Below are positions 26,385-39,200 of a DNA stretch of 64,000 nt, piece after piece. Position 1 is the stretch's first letter. Each line of letters begins with the position of its first letter. The position numbers and the translations under genes were made by a program. Origin of the DNA: Geosiphon pyriformis uo1 (lineage: Eukaryota; Fungi; Glomeromycota); the NCBI GenBank assembly GCA_016748015.1, contig JAAOMT010000400.1, forward strand, positions 62,001-126,000, written 5' to 3'. Below the pieces are notes generated by a model. The model was not told the DNA's origin, ran no database searches, and was given only the letters and a program-made list of their open reading frames with translations.

Positions 26385-28503
26385 ATGACCAGAGCAAAGA
26401 GTAAAAAAGCTATACCTAATATCTGTCCTGAGATATCTAATAAAATTTCAACCAGAGGAGTTCTCTCTGTTGTAGAAGCAACTAGACAAAACATTTTAGA
26501 AGTCTTCTCTTTACCCAGTAATTGTAATAAGTTGCCTTTGGTAGCCACTGAAGCAACTTCTTTATTTTTGGCTGGTTTTTCATCAGTCAAAGTTTTCTCA
26601 AAAAACACACTTGAATTAGTCCCAGTGTTGCCTCCACCCCAACTAAGAGCCCAAAAGTTTTTAATAATAGACCAATAAATAAGCTGGTTTTTTCTTTCAT
26701 AGATTCAACATTTGGTGCTGCTAGCACTATTTTTTCAAAAAAATGGTCAAAAAAACCAAAAATTCAGAAAAGTGGGGGCAGTCACTTGCCTCTGCTATTG
26801 TTACACCAAATCTCTTTGTGGTTCCCAATAAAATTTTAGATAAGATCTCTATAGCATCATCTAACATGTTATCTAAGATAAGCTTAGATCAATTACTGGC
26901 TGTATTGCCAAATATGGTGTCTTTCAGTAGATTATTGTCAGTTTTAGAAGCAAAACAATTTCCTCTTGTTGGATCACCTGTTCTTAAAAACTAGACTGAT
27001 CAAATAGAAACTGAATCATTTCTTCTTTTAGTTTCTGGTGCTACTTCTGATAGTACTTGGGAAATTATTACTAATCATTAAAGGTTTGCTGGGTGGATGG
27101 CCTTCACTCTGGTGCCTAATGCTACTTTTAAGATTAAATTGGCTCATGTTAAGACTGTTTTTTAGTTAATACATGGTTTCTTGGGTGCAAAGTCAGTATC
27201 AAAGAACAATGTGAAGCTGTTTTGTGTGGAGTTTGCTTCTCAAGTGTTTTTGGAAGCTGCATTTTTGGTTGAGCTTACAAGCTCTGTACATTTGGCCACC
27301 CTCAAAATTGCCAAGTCTTTGGTGATTTCTGAGTCTGGTTCCCCTTTTGCTGCTGTTGCACTGCATGATGTGCCCTTGAGTGTGTTTGCTGCTGACATTA
27401 AGACAGCTCTCAGTGTGTTTAGTAGTGTTTCTTATGTTGTGCTAAAGTCTGCTGGCATTTGGCAGTATGTGATGGTTTATTTTGAACAATTGGACTCTGC
27501 TGTGTCTGCTTTGAATCATTGGTCAGTTTTGGTGGGCAAAAATAGTGTTAGAATTTTCCTATTGGTAAATTAAAATAAGACTATTTTGTTTCATGATAGA
27601 TTTAAGGCCAAATTAATCAATCTTTCTTCTGGCTGTACTGCCTTTGAGATTAGTAATATGATCTCTCAGATAGGTGGTTGGACATGTTTTATTCTTCGGT
27701 CCTCTGATTCTGGTTATTGTTCCTGGTTTGTTCTGATTACGTTTGGGTCTCAGGCTGATTTGGATTCTGCAATTGCCAAAACTGGTACATTGAGGAAATG
27801 CTATATTTGGTAGGAAACTTCTGGTTGTTAGTGTTGTTTCAAGTGTTAAGAATTAGACCATCTGGCTGCAGATTGTAAGATTTCTTCACTTCTCCCCTCC
27901 AAGCTTCTCAAGGTGTTTACACCATGTTTTGTTGGTCTCAAGTCTTATGCCAAAGCTTCTGCTTCTTTGGGCTCCTCTGGATTTCTGCCTTTGTCTCCTT
28001 TTGTCTCTTCTTCAGTTGTTATTGATGATTTTCTGGTGCTGTCCCAATTGTTTTCTTTGGAATCTGATTTGGTTAAGCTTTTTGCTTTGGTCAAGTCTAT
28101 TGTCAAACCAGTTGGTTCCTTGGTCAAATTGTTCGAACAATTTATTAATGGTGATTTGGTCTTGAGCAGTAAACTTGGCCTTAAAATCAATAAGGTTATG
28201 GTGCATATGGGTTTCTTTAATAAAGTTGTTGGTAAGTTGGGAAGAGAAGTGATTTCTTTGAAAAAAAAATGCTGCATAGAGGATATAGATATGTCTGGTG
28301 ATTTGGAGCACCCAGTTGGTTTAGATGATAAAGTGTTTTCTAATCTGATGTTCCTTTAAGAACATAAACCTATTGATGTTAAAACTGATGGCTTAAAGAC
28401 AACTGAGTGGCTGGTTAGATTGGTTCCTTGTAGTGTTACTTTGTTCTCTATTGTTTAAAAGATGTCAGCTTTGGGTAAGTTTTTTTCAAAAGCTTCAACA
28501 TAG
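26385..28503 (+). pseudogene. ORF1-like protein: three RRM-like domains, CCHC knuckle, C-terminal helical region
   Basis: KLFCVEFASQ; ALHDVPL..DIKTALSVF..YVMVYFEQ; KAKLINLSSGCTAFEI..VLITFGSQ; CFKC*ELDHLAADC; stop followed directly by the 3'UTR. Confidence 0.8.
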
Positions 28504-30809
28504 TATAGCCTAAACTGGCTCGAGTAGCTGGTTACATATAAAAAGCACATAAGCCACATTTAATTTAAGACTCTATATAGTTATATTGTATTAAATAGTG
28601 GTTGGGCCTTGTTCATTAAACTTTAATAAAAAAAAATTAAGAGTTTTAGCTAAATACAATTTATGTTTTTTCTACATATAATCAATTATTTAGACTAATT
28701 AAAGCAATATTACACTAATGTTTTAAAAAAAAACTTTTTTAAAAAAGACATTTTTTAAACAATTTTAAACAAAATAGCACTATTATAAACTAATCTAACC
28801 AATTAAACAGCTATTTTAAAAGCATTAATCTTGATTTTAGCAGGTTTATATTTCTAAATAACAATAAATTAGATAACATATTATTATTAACAGTAAACAA
28901 ATTTACATAAGAGCCAAATATATCAATATTTTTAAAACTACACTTATTTTTTAGTGTAATTATATTTTATTTTAACTTATTTACAATTTTACTAAAAATA
29001 TTTATATGTATTAAAATCTTATTAATTTTAAAACTAAGAATACTATTTAACATAAAATTATTTTTAACAAATTGCTCAAATATAATAACTAGTATACTAA
29101 TAGACTTAACAATATAATCAACCAAAATTAACAATTTAACCAAATTAGACTTTAAAGACATTAGCTAAAAAGAAACCAAAAAATTGTTAACAATTACAGA
29201 AAAAAAAGCAAAAATTATTAAAAGAGAAACTACAAAAGAAATCAAAGAAACAAATATCTTGACATATAATTTAGTATTTACAAAACATGATACAAATATT
29301 TTAGAAGAAGTAAAAAAATTTTACAGTTCACAGCCAAATAGTCCAATTCCTAAAATTCAAAACAACATTGACAACTAAAAATTTTTTATTAAATATGGCA
29401 TTTTTTTAATATATTAATCTTAATAATTACAATATCTAAATTAGCCTAAAATCTAAATATAACCAAGACAAACCAGAAATAATAACCAAAATTAGAAAAG
29501 CAAGAAATAAAACAAGTCTAACTACTAACTTGAAAAACCATATTACTAATTTTAAATACAATATAATCTTTTAATTTACAAGAGAAAAAATTCAAACATT
29601 ATCTTTGTTTATTAATATTAATTAGTAATTAAAAGCAGATACAATAATACTTAATTTCTTAAAATAAATAACTATATATTGCTAAATACCAATAAGCTTT
29701 AGTATAATATAAGTAATCTTATTAAAAATACTAAAAACTGTTTTAATATTAGCAACAAACATATCTAAAAACACATCATACAATATAATAATAACAAAAA
29801 GAAAACCAAACTTAGAAACCATCAAAGATTTGGCAATCTTAAGAATGGCCAAGCAAACAAAGCTAGAAAACTCAACCAAAAACACAATATTCAAAGAATT
29901 TTAAAAGACAAATTTTATATAAAAGAGTTTTATATTGTTCTTAAAAACAGATTTTACATTCAAAAAATCCTGTACAAACTAAAAAACAGTCTTAATATAA
30001 GCCAATTTGATCTTGAAAGTTATATTAAATACCAAAATAAAAACAACTTATTTAGCAAACTTCTAATAACTAATAATAATCTTTTAAGTATCATTAAAAG
30101 TAGCATTAAAAACTAAAAAAAGCAATAATAAATTAGTTTCTATTTGGTTAGCCCAGTTTTTAAGAACAAGTAATTCAATAAAAAACTGTTGCTTTGTTTT
30201 TAAAATCAGCAAAGATCTGTTAAAAAATATTATATTTGGCAATATAACTAGTGGTTAATTTTGGTTTATTTTAAACAATATTCCAGATGATATAATAAAA
30301 ACTTTATTCAAGATCTTATTTAGAATTATAAAAAAGTTCAGTATAACAATAATAAAAACAAGTAATTGTTTTTGCTTTTTGGAATTCTTAGTTTTTTTGG
30401 CCATTTTCAAAGAAGTTGTATTAGTAATACTAAATATAATAGCAATAGTTAAAAAAACCAGCTTGTTAACTAATTTACTATTAAAAACTTTTAAGCTCTT
30501 AGTAAGAATAAAAATACCACTAAAACTAATTCAAATATATCTTTTTAAGAGAATCTTAACTGATAAAAAACCAGCCAAAGATAAGAAAAATGCTTTAATA
30601 ATTACCAAAAACAGCTTTTTAATCTTATTATTTAAGAAGAAACTTTTTAAAACATTCTGTTTAACTGTTTTTACAACAAAAAAAACTTTCTTAAATATCT
30701 TAAAAAAAATATTAAATACAGCTTTTTTATTTTTTGCTTTAGTTATAATCATAAAATTAAAGAGACAGAAAATTTTTATAACAATTAAAAATTTAATTAT
30801 TATTATATA

Positions 30810-31555
30810 ATTTTTTATATATTTATTATTTATGTTTTTAAAAATATAGTTAAATATCAAAAAATTTTATTTTAAAAAAACCAGCTTGGTTTTTTTAGAT
30901 TATATTATTAGTAAAAAAAAAAGTCAAATTTGATTCAAAAAAAATTAATGTTGTCAAAAACTTCAAAGTTTTTTAAAATACTATTAAATTAAAAAAATTC
31001 ACAAAATTAGCATTTTATTATTAAAAATTTATCAAAAAATTTTCTGAAATTGTCAAACCATTAAACTATTTAACCAACAAAAATGTCAAATATAAATAGA
31101 TCTTAAAACAACAAAAAGTCTTCAATATTTTCAAAAAAAGTTAATAATAACATTAATATTAGCTTATCTAAATTTTAACAAAAGATTTTAATTAGTTATA
31201 AATGTTTTATATACAGCTTTTGGTGTTATTTTATTTTAGCTAAATAATAATAGTAATGAGTAAATAATCACTTATGTTAGCAAAACATTAAAGTTAACAA
31301 AAAAAATTATTTTGCTACTAAATTAGAAACAACAGCAATAATTTAAACTTTTTACTATTTTAATCTATACTTTAAACCAAAAAATTTGATATTATTACTG
31401 ATAATATTTGGCTTAAATAACTACAAAATAAAAGTTTCGAATTAAATGTCAAACAAATCCATCAAAATAAATTTTAACAAACTATAAATATATTATATAC
31501 TACAAATTAGAAAAACCATACATAAATATTAATTGTTTCTTTAAAATAAGGCAAG
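30810..31555 (+). pseudogene. Very eroded Ty3/Gypsy RT-RNaseH relic
   Basis: Remnant motifs (LVFL.YII, KINVVKNF, FSEIVKPLNYL, AYLNFNKRF, TAFGVIL, ITYVSKTL) despite extreme AT enrichment. Confidence 0.65.
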
Positions 31556-31574
31556 ATTAAAAACTATAATTATT

Positions 31575-32030
31575 ATTATTATAGATAGACTTGATAAAAT
31601 ACATTCATAATATTTGGTATTCATAATTTAATATTAAAAAGAGATTAATTTTAAATGAATTGGTTTTAGTAATAAAATTAATTATTAGTCTTTAAAAAAA
31701 TTTTTGTTTAAAATTTTATCTATTAAGTTTTTTTGTTATAAAGTACAAAAATGTTGTTTTTTTAATATAGTTGTGTTTTTTTTTAAGTTAGTTAAATACA
31801 GTTATTAAGATTTAATATTGTTTTTTTGTTTTTTTAATAAACTAATAAAATAAAGTTAATATTTAAACTTAAAAAAAGCTTCTCTTTTTTACCAAACTAT
31901 TACAAAGTCTATTTTTAAACAATTAATTTCTAATGTTACTATTTCACAAAAAAATAAAAATTAGTATCTTGTTAATCACTATAATTAAGAACAATTAGTT
32001 CAAGTTATTAAGTATTTATATTAATTATAT
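31575..32030 (-). repeat. Eroded partial LTR related to the family-A LTR
   Basis: Collinear with 10303-10800 (taatatttggtattc, attattagtc, ttttaccaaactat, ttagtat..ataattaagaacaattag). Confidence 0.7.
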
Positions 32031-33993
32031 TTGGTTTAAAATAAAAATAACAAAAAAAGCTTTTTTGTCTTGTCAATCCTCTGCCCATGACAAGAGCAAA
32101 AAAAAAAAAAATTTTCTGTCAAAAGTTATAGCGTTTTTTTTTTTTTAATTTTCCCTTTCCCTCCTTTCTTCATCAGTTATTTTTTCAGGTACTCCTATTT
32201 TTGTCATTATGAAACCTGTGGGCATGCCTACTGGTAGTTTTGGTGCTGGTTTGACTGGTTTGAAGACCTGTCTGAATACAAAAAAGAAGCATGTAGACAC
32301 CGTCTACTCCTGTGGTGCATTCTATAAGAAGCCGAAAGTGCCAGTAACTGGTGGTGTTGTGGATTCTTCTGCTGGTCTTTTGAGCCTCGAAGATATTGGT
32401 GTTGTCAGTGTCAAATCTGTGATATCCTGGGAAAGCAATATTGGCAGTATTGCAAGTAGTGTTAGTGGGCTTTCTGATGTTGAAAATATGAAAAATACAG
32501 TTGCTGAGGAAACGAGTTATACAGAGTCAGACAATTCAGCAAATGACAAAAACATAAATGAAACAACTCCAAAAAAGACTTGTATATATATGTATGTATT
32601 GGGCCAACCCCCCAAAGCACCTTTGTTTAATAACGTGAGTGACAATGATTTGGTCTTGGAACTTCCATCTCCTAAATTCAATGGGTCCAATCAGTTGCCA
32701 CCACTGGGATTACGTGTGTCGGAGAAACGTAATTTTGATTTGGCTAAGTCATTTGTGCTTGATATTGAGCTCTCTGCAGTGCCTGAAAAAACTATTAGTG
32801 ATAAGATAATTTCTATCAAAAGGATTTTCTATCATGTGGATGGTTTTGGGGGAGCTTCAACTCTCTTAAAATTCTCAGAGATTATTAGGTCATTTTTTAT
32901 ATCTGAATCAAGTTTGAGGAAGGCTAAGGAGTTGGCTGTTAATAAGAAAATCATGGTAAACAATGATGTCAGAAAAGTAAGTGGCCATTCAGATCAGAAA
33001 AATATTGTCAAGAAGATTCTGATTGATCTTCCCAAATTGGCTGTAAAATCAGTTTTCTCTAAATTTGGTAAAATTGTGTCAATCAAGATGCAATTGATTG
33101 GTCTTTGACAAAAGGCATTAGTGGAGTTTGAATCACCTAAAGTAGCTAATCTAGTTGCTTCCAAGTAGTCTGTTCTTATGGAAAAGAATTTGGTTTATGT
33201 GGCATTGGCTGTGAGTGATAAACAATCCTAGGTGTTATTATGGGATGGTCTTCTTGTTATATTTAATTGCCAATATCCTGTTTTACTTGCAATCAGTCTT
33301 TCATGAGTTCCTCAATTCTATTTGTGTAATAATGTCACTGTTATACTGAAGACTTTTTTTTTAATGTCACGATGTAAGTTATTTCTTAATTCTTGATTGT
33401 TGTGTGTGTTTATGTACTTCTTCTCAGAGGCTGAACTGAAATCTACCCACTGTTTGGAGTCTTTTCTGAGGCTATCCTTGTAATTGTCTGATGTGTTTCT
33501 CTAATCTAGAAACACAGAATGTTAATGGCCTTTAGCGCTTTTCTTAATTTTTACAATAAAGCTTTTATCAATTAGTAACAACATAAATAATCTTGATCAA
33601 GGATTATTCTTCCAAGGGATTCAGCTGATGAATAATAGTTTTATTCAATAAATAATACAAGTAAGTTTCTTAATACTTTGGATTGTGATAATTTAGTTTT
33701 AAATATTTTTTTTCATTTCTTTTTGATTTAAAGGTTTCTTGGGATATTTAATTTGAAAGTATGATTTAAAGTGGAGTTTGTTGGATAAAATTGGATCTAT
33801 TGCTTGATAAGTTATGATTTTTATTACTTGATTGTCTTTTCTCAATATTAAAGCTACTGTATATATACATGTTTGTAGTTCTACAAGAAAACACATTGTA
33901 ATACTTTCTTTTTGATATTTTAACCTGGTGTTTGCTGCTATCACCAGTTGGTGTTGGCTGCTATTGTGAACTGGTGCTTGTCACTATTGAGAT

Positions 33994-34181
33994 NNNNNNN
34001 NNNNNNNNNNNNNNNNNNNNNNNNNNNNNNNNNNNNNNNNNNNNNNNNNNNNNNNNNNNNNNNNNNNNNNNNNNNNNNNNNNNNNNNNNNNNNNNNNNNN
34101 NNNNNNNNNNNNNNNNNNNNNNNNNNNNNNNNNNNNNNNNNNNNNNNNNNNNNNNNNNNNNNNNNNNNNNNNNNNNNNNNN
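33994..34181. other. Assembly gap (N run) removing the PPT, the ORF3 end and part of the 3' LTR of D
   Basis: Run of N. Confidence 1.
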
Positions 34182-34783
34182 GAGTTGGTAAGTTGTCTAA
34201 TACTGTTGGTTGTTATTATGTTTATGATTGGGTCCAACAATAGTTTGTGACAGTTTTCAAATGCTTTGAAAATTCTGTAAACTGTTTTTGAATGGAATGT
34301 AGTGTTGGTTTTTCCAATGAAAGATTTTAATAGTTGGATAGTTGTTTTGTCAAACACTCTAGTTGAGTCTTTTGAGTATAATGTTTGTATGTTCAAGTGC
34401 TTTCCTAGTTAATAATAACAGTAATTAATTGGAAATTTCATTTTCAAGTTGCTAAATGTGTCTGGTATTAATTCACTTATTTTTATTTCTTCTATTATTA
34501 ATGTATTGCCCAATGCTATCTCTAATTTTTCAATAACTTTGCTGATAAATTTGTTGTTATATTTGGTAATATTATATGGTTCAAAATTATGTTCTTTTCT
34601 TGTTTTTGGATTTTCTATTGTTTTTTTTATGTATGTTATTTTGGAGCTATTAACTGTGATTTCCAGATTGAATTTTAATTATTGTAAGCTTTCAACTAAT
34701 TGTTGAGTTATATTGTTGATGTTTTCTGGAATAAGTATCATTGTTTTAATTTTGACTGCTATTTTGGAATCTTTTGCATGCAT
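34182..34783 (-). pseudogene. ORF3 of D
   Basis: NLEITVNSSKITY..FPINYCYY*LGKHLNIQTLYSKDSTRVFDKTTIQLLKSFIGK. Confidence 0.8.
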
Positions 34784-34825
34784 TTTTATAGTTGTTAAAT
34801 CATTTTTGCTGTGATCTAAGATTAA

Positions 34826-36205
34826 TTATCTTTTTGAATAATGTTCAATTAAAACTATTGGTTCTAAATCTCGTGGAATTTGTTCTGGTAGAATTAAAAA
34901 TAATTGTGTTCTAATTCTGGGTGTCTTTGTTGTTATTACTGGTTTACTGTAATAGAATTTCAGCCAGTTACCATGTGCTGCTTTTTTTAATATTTTATCA
35001 TCTAGTCTTAACTTGTATGCTCCATTTTCAAGTATTTCGTGAATATAAAATGGTCCATCTCACTTGTAATCAAATTTTCCACTCCATTGTTTTTCCATTT
35101 TTGTACAATGCAACAATACTTTATCTCCAATTTTGTAGCTAATTATATTATCTGGTAACTGGTTATCATGTCTTACTTTTTGTTGTTTTTGTGATTGTTC
35201 AATATTTTGTGCTGCTTTTTTTCTTTTGTTTTCTAAAGTTCCTATTAATTTGTATGTTCTTCTAAGTAGTGTTTCTTGGAATGTTGCTTCCATGATAGTG
35301 TCACTTGGATAAGTTGGAATAGTAAGTTCAATTGGTAATGTGGCTTTTCTTCCATAAACTAGTTCAAATGGTGTGAATTGTGTAGTATCTTGTTTTACTG
35401 TTCTATATACTAGTAGTACTGCTGGTATGAACAAATCCCATTCTTTTTCATGTTCATTACTAATTTTTGCCAGTGATTTGCATAATGTGTGATTAAATCT
35501 TTTAACTAATCTATTTGTTTGAGGGTGGTATAGTGATGACAGTGGTCGCTTGATTCCAAATTTTTGGCTAAGTTCTTTTAAGATGCTGTTTACAAAGTGT
35601 GTGCCTTGATCTTATAGCAATTCTTGTAGACATCTATGCTGGCAAATTAAGTCTTTATGTATGAATTGAGCTATAGAAATAGCATCAGCTGTTTTAATAG
35701 CTCTAGCTTTTGGCCATTTGGTGAGATAGTCCATGGCTACTGCAATATAATGGTTGTTTCTTATTGTTATTGGTAAGAGTCTAACTAAATCAATTCCAAT
35801 TCTGTCAAATGGCTGTTCAACTTTTATTGGTCTTAATAATTCCATTTTTTTTGCTCCTCTTCTTTGTTGACATGAGTCACAATTTCTTATGTATTGGATT
35901 ATGTCTGAACTCATTTTTGGCCAATAGTAATAGCTAGTTGCACGTTAGATGGTTGCTGTTTTTCCAAAGTGGCCTGAATAAATATCTGAGTGCATGTTAA
36001 ATAAGATAGTTTTTTTTTCATCTATGGTTATAACTCTTAATAGATTATCTGAATTTTGTTAATTCTGGTAATAAAGTATGTAATTTTGGATGAAATAGTG
36101 GTTTGCTAATTTTTGGAGCTTAATTAGCTCTTTTACTGGCATTTTTTTGTCTATTTGTAGTGTTTCCAAGTATTGGCTGAGGTTTTTGTAAAGGTGGTTG
36201 TTCAT
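34826..36205 (-). pseudogene. Integrase of D (separate ORF)
   Basis: MNNHLY..HSDIYSGHF..CDSCQ; RIGIDL; DQGTHF; TPFELVYGR; GPFYI. Confidence 0.92.
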
Positions 36206-39200
36206 TGTTGTTATGGCAGATGGGTTGGTGATTTTTATGTGTGTTTCATTCTTGACAAACAGTTAGCATTAGCATTTTTGGTACCTTTTTTGTATTTGAT
36301 AATATAATTGTATGGTGCTAATGTTTGTGACCATCTGGCATATTTTCTTTTTAGCATTTTCTTATTATTTAACCAGATTAGACTTTTATGATCTGTGGTA
36401 ATCTCAAAGGGTTGGTACTGTAAATATGTGTCAAAGTGAACACAACTCCAGACTACTGCTAAGCATTCAAGTTCATGTGCTGCATAGTTTTGTTCTGCTG
36501 TACTGAGACTTCTGCTGGCATAAGCGATTACACGTTTTCTTCTATTATTATCTTTTTGTGACAGAATGGCTCCAAGTCCAGTTCCAGAGGCATCTGTGGC
36601 CAAAATGAATTTCTTGTTGAAATTCAGATAGATTATTATTGGTGATTCAATAAGCTTTTGTCTAAGGTACTCAAAAGCTTTTTGTTGTGCTTCAGTCCAT
36701 TCAAATTTCACATTTTTGGATAATAGGTAATTAAGGGGTTTGGCAATGTTTGAAAAGTTTTCTACAAAGTGGCAGTAGTAAGATGCAAGTCCTAAAAAGC
36801 TTCTAACTTCTGAAATGTTTTGAGGTACTGGAAAATTTTTCACTTTGTCTATTTTTGATGGATCTGGTTTTATTTCATTTTTTCCAACTACGTGTCCTAA
36901 AAATGCTAGCTCATTTTTCCCAAAGAAACATTTTTTTAGATTTAGTTTAAGTCCAGCATGTCTCAATCTCTCAAAAACTTGTTGTAAATGTTGGAGATGA
37001 TCTATGAATTTTGACAAGAAAACATTTGTATCATCAAGTAGACAACAACGGATTGTCACAGGATTTCAGAGTAAATTATGTCCATTAGTCTTTGGAATGT
37101 TGCAGGGGCATTTGTTAATCCAAATAGCGTTACATTAAACTCATAATTGCCATTTTGTGTTGTGAATACTGTTTTATGTCTGTTCTTTGGGTTCATTTCT
37201 ACTTGCCAGTACCCATTGGTCAAGTCCAGTATAGAAAACCATTTTGCTCCTCCAAAACATCAAAGATTTTATCAATTAACAGTATTGGATATGAGTCTTT
37301 GGTTGTTTTGCTGTTTAGTTTGCAATAGTTAATGCAAAATCTAATTTTTCTGTTCTTTTTTCTTACTAAAACAACTGGTGAGAACCATGGGCTCATTAAT
37401 AATTGTATTATTCCTTTTTTCAACATGCTTTGGACTTCTTCTCTAATAAAATTATGCTCCATTGGTGGGACATGGTAAGCATGTTGTTTTTCAGATCTGG
37501 TGTCTCCAGTGAGGATTTGGTGTTAAACCAAGTTGGTTCTTCCAAATTCACCATTTAATAAAAATATATTAGAGTATTTTAAAATTAATGCTTTTAATTG
37601 TTGCTGTTGGTCAGGATCCATTGTTCCAATGTTTAATTTGGCCAATTCTTCTGGCTTAAATTGATAGCATTTTAACAGTTGTTGCCAATTTATTAAAGTG
37701 AGTTTACAGTAAAGGGCGATTTCTGAGAAATTTAGAATTTTTTGTGGTGTTGACACATTTTCTAGTTCTGTTCTAAGGTATCTAATGATGGTATCTTCCA
37801 GAATGTAGACAGGTTCTTCTATGGTGTTTGCAATAAAAATTTTTATCTATTGAGCTTTATCAGCTAGAATAAAAAGGTTAGTAAGTCCTATGAGAAACTG
37901 TTGACAAGTTTTTGGATAGGGCTCAAATATTAGGTCTTTTTCTTTAATTGTTCTTTTTATTCTTATTTCTGATTTTCCATATGGTAGGAGTATGATGAAC
38001 CACTCATTTTTAATTACTTTGCCTTTTTCTTCTATTGTTTCAGCAAAATTCACTTCAATTTCTTTTCTTGTTAATCTGAAACCAAAAGTTCTTCTCATTG
38101 TTTGTGACAATTCCTCACAATTATTTTATTGGCACAAATTTCCCAATTTTTACCAATGGTAAAAAAATTGCTTGTGCAATTTTTTTCTTAGATTCAATGG
38201 TATAAGGCTTTTCTGAATTGTTCTGTAGCAAAACCATCAAATTTCCAGTGTATCCAAAGTCAATTACTTCTTCTTGAATGCTTATTCCTTTTTTCACAAG
38301 GCTTGATTGTGATGCCATTTGAACCATTATTTCTAGCAGAATTTCAACCGCTATTTTTAAGTTGATTTTGGTGATACTCTTGAGTGGTAATGTTGTGGAT
38401 TGGTCTTCTGGATAATGTAGATCAAATCTGGTGTCAGTTGGATAGGCTCTTTCAGGTATTATTCCTAAGTGCCTATTGTCAAAGTATTAAATATTGATCA
38501 CCTGTTCTAGGTCAATATAGGCTACAAATTTTTCTGACTTGGGACTGTCAGGTAAGTCTTGTTGATTTATTGATTGATTTTAAGATTGCTGATTCTCAAT
38601 TTCCATTTTTCTTTCTAAGTCTCTTTTGTCTCAATACTCTTTACAGCACTGATTTTGGCACGGGATAAGACAGTTTTTGCAGAGATAAGTGTTGATTTGG
38701 GTGAGGTATTGTTCTTGCTCTTGTTGAGTAGAGCATAGTTGTTGGTAATAGTTCTGGAATTTGTCCACTGGGTCGAACATATTGTAGTTAGTGACTTCGT
38801 CGGCTACTTCGGCTGACTCTTTCCAGCGTCATATTTTTTTGGCGGTTCCTCCTCTTACTTTGGCTTGTGTGGTGTTGTACAACTCATTCTCATTGTGTGG
38901 GTAGTGCTGTAGTCTTTTTAACACTCTGTTGAACACTGCTTTAAATGGCATTCCTCCTCTTACCCAATCACAGATGAGGATTGTGTATTGGCAAGTTGCA
39001 TCACATGTTCCTCCTCTGTTTGGTATGTCGTTCCAGTTACACCCTCTTAGTAATAGTTCTCCACAAGCAAGACATGGTTCCTCATCCCATTTTCTGTGTC
39101 TTTTTGAGTAACCATATTTTTTTTGTTATAACAGTTATAATAGTAGTGGATGGGGTTTTTTGGGTCTTTGTCTGGTGTGCTGCATGCAGTCATAGACGAG

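Larger units (their letters stand above)
10259..28632 (+). mobile_element. ORF1-only (HAL1-like) non-LTR element, copy 1, interrupted by LTR element A; own sequence 10259-10302 and 26385-28632
   Basis: TSD aaaattaagag at 10248-10258 and 28633-28643; poly-A end; 3'UTR homologous to LINE-a; no ORF2. Confidence 0.88.
10193..30797 (-). mobile_element. ORF1-only non-LTR element, copy 2 (older, heavily C>T/G>A-eroded); body 28644-30797, 3' tail displaced to 10193-10258
   Basis: Minus-strand ORF remnants match copy 1 (TKAKNKKAV, LKIAKSLMVS, LKSNLVKL). The 3'UTR end and poly-A continue at 10258->10193. Possible TSD tattattata(c/t)a at 10181-10192 and 30798-30809. Confidence 0.8.

Noticed and set aside
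26385-30797. Large inverted repeat read as a DNA transposon or foldback element
   Set aside because: It is two retroposon copies tail to tail, with poly-A ends and TSDs.
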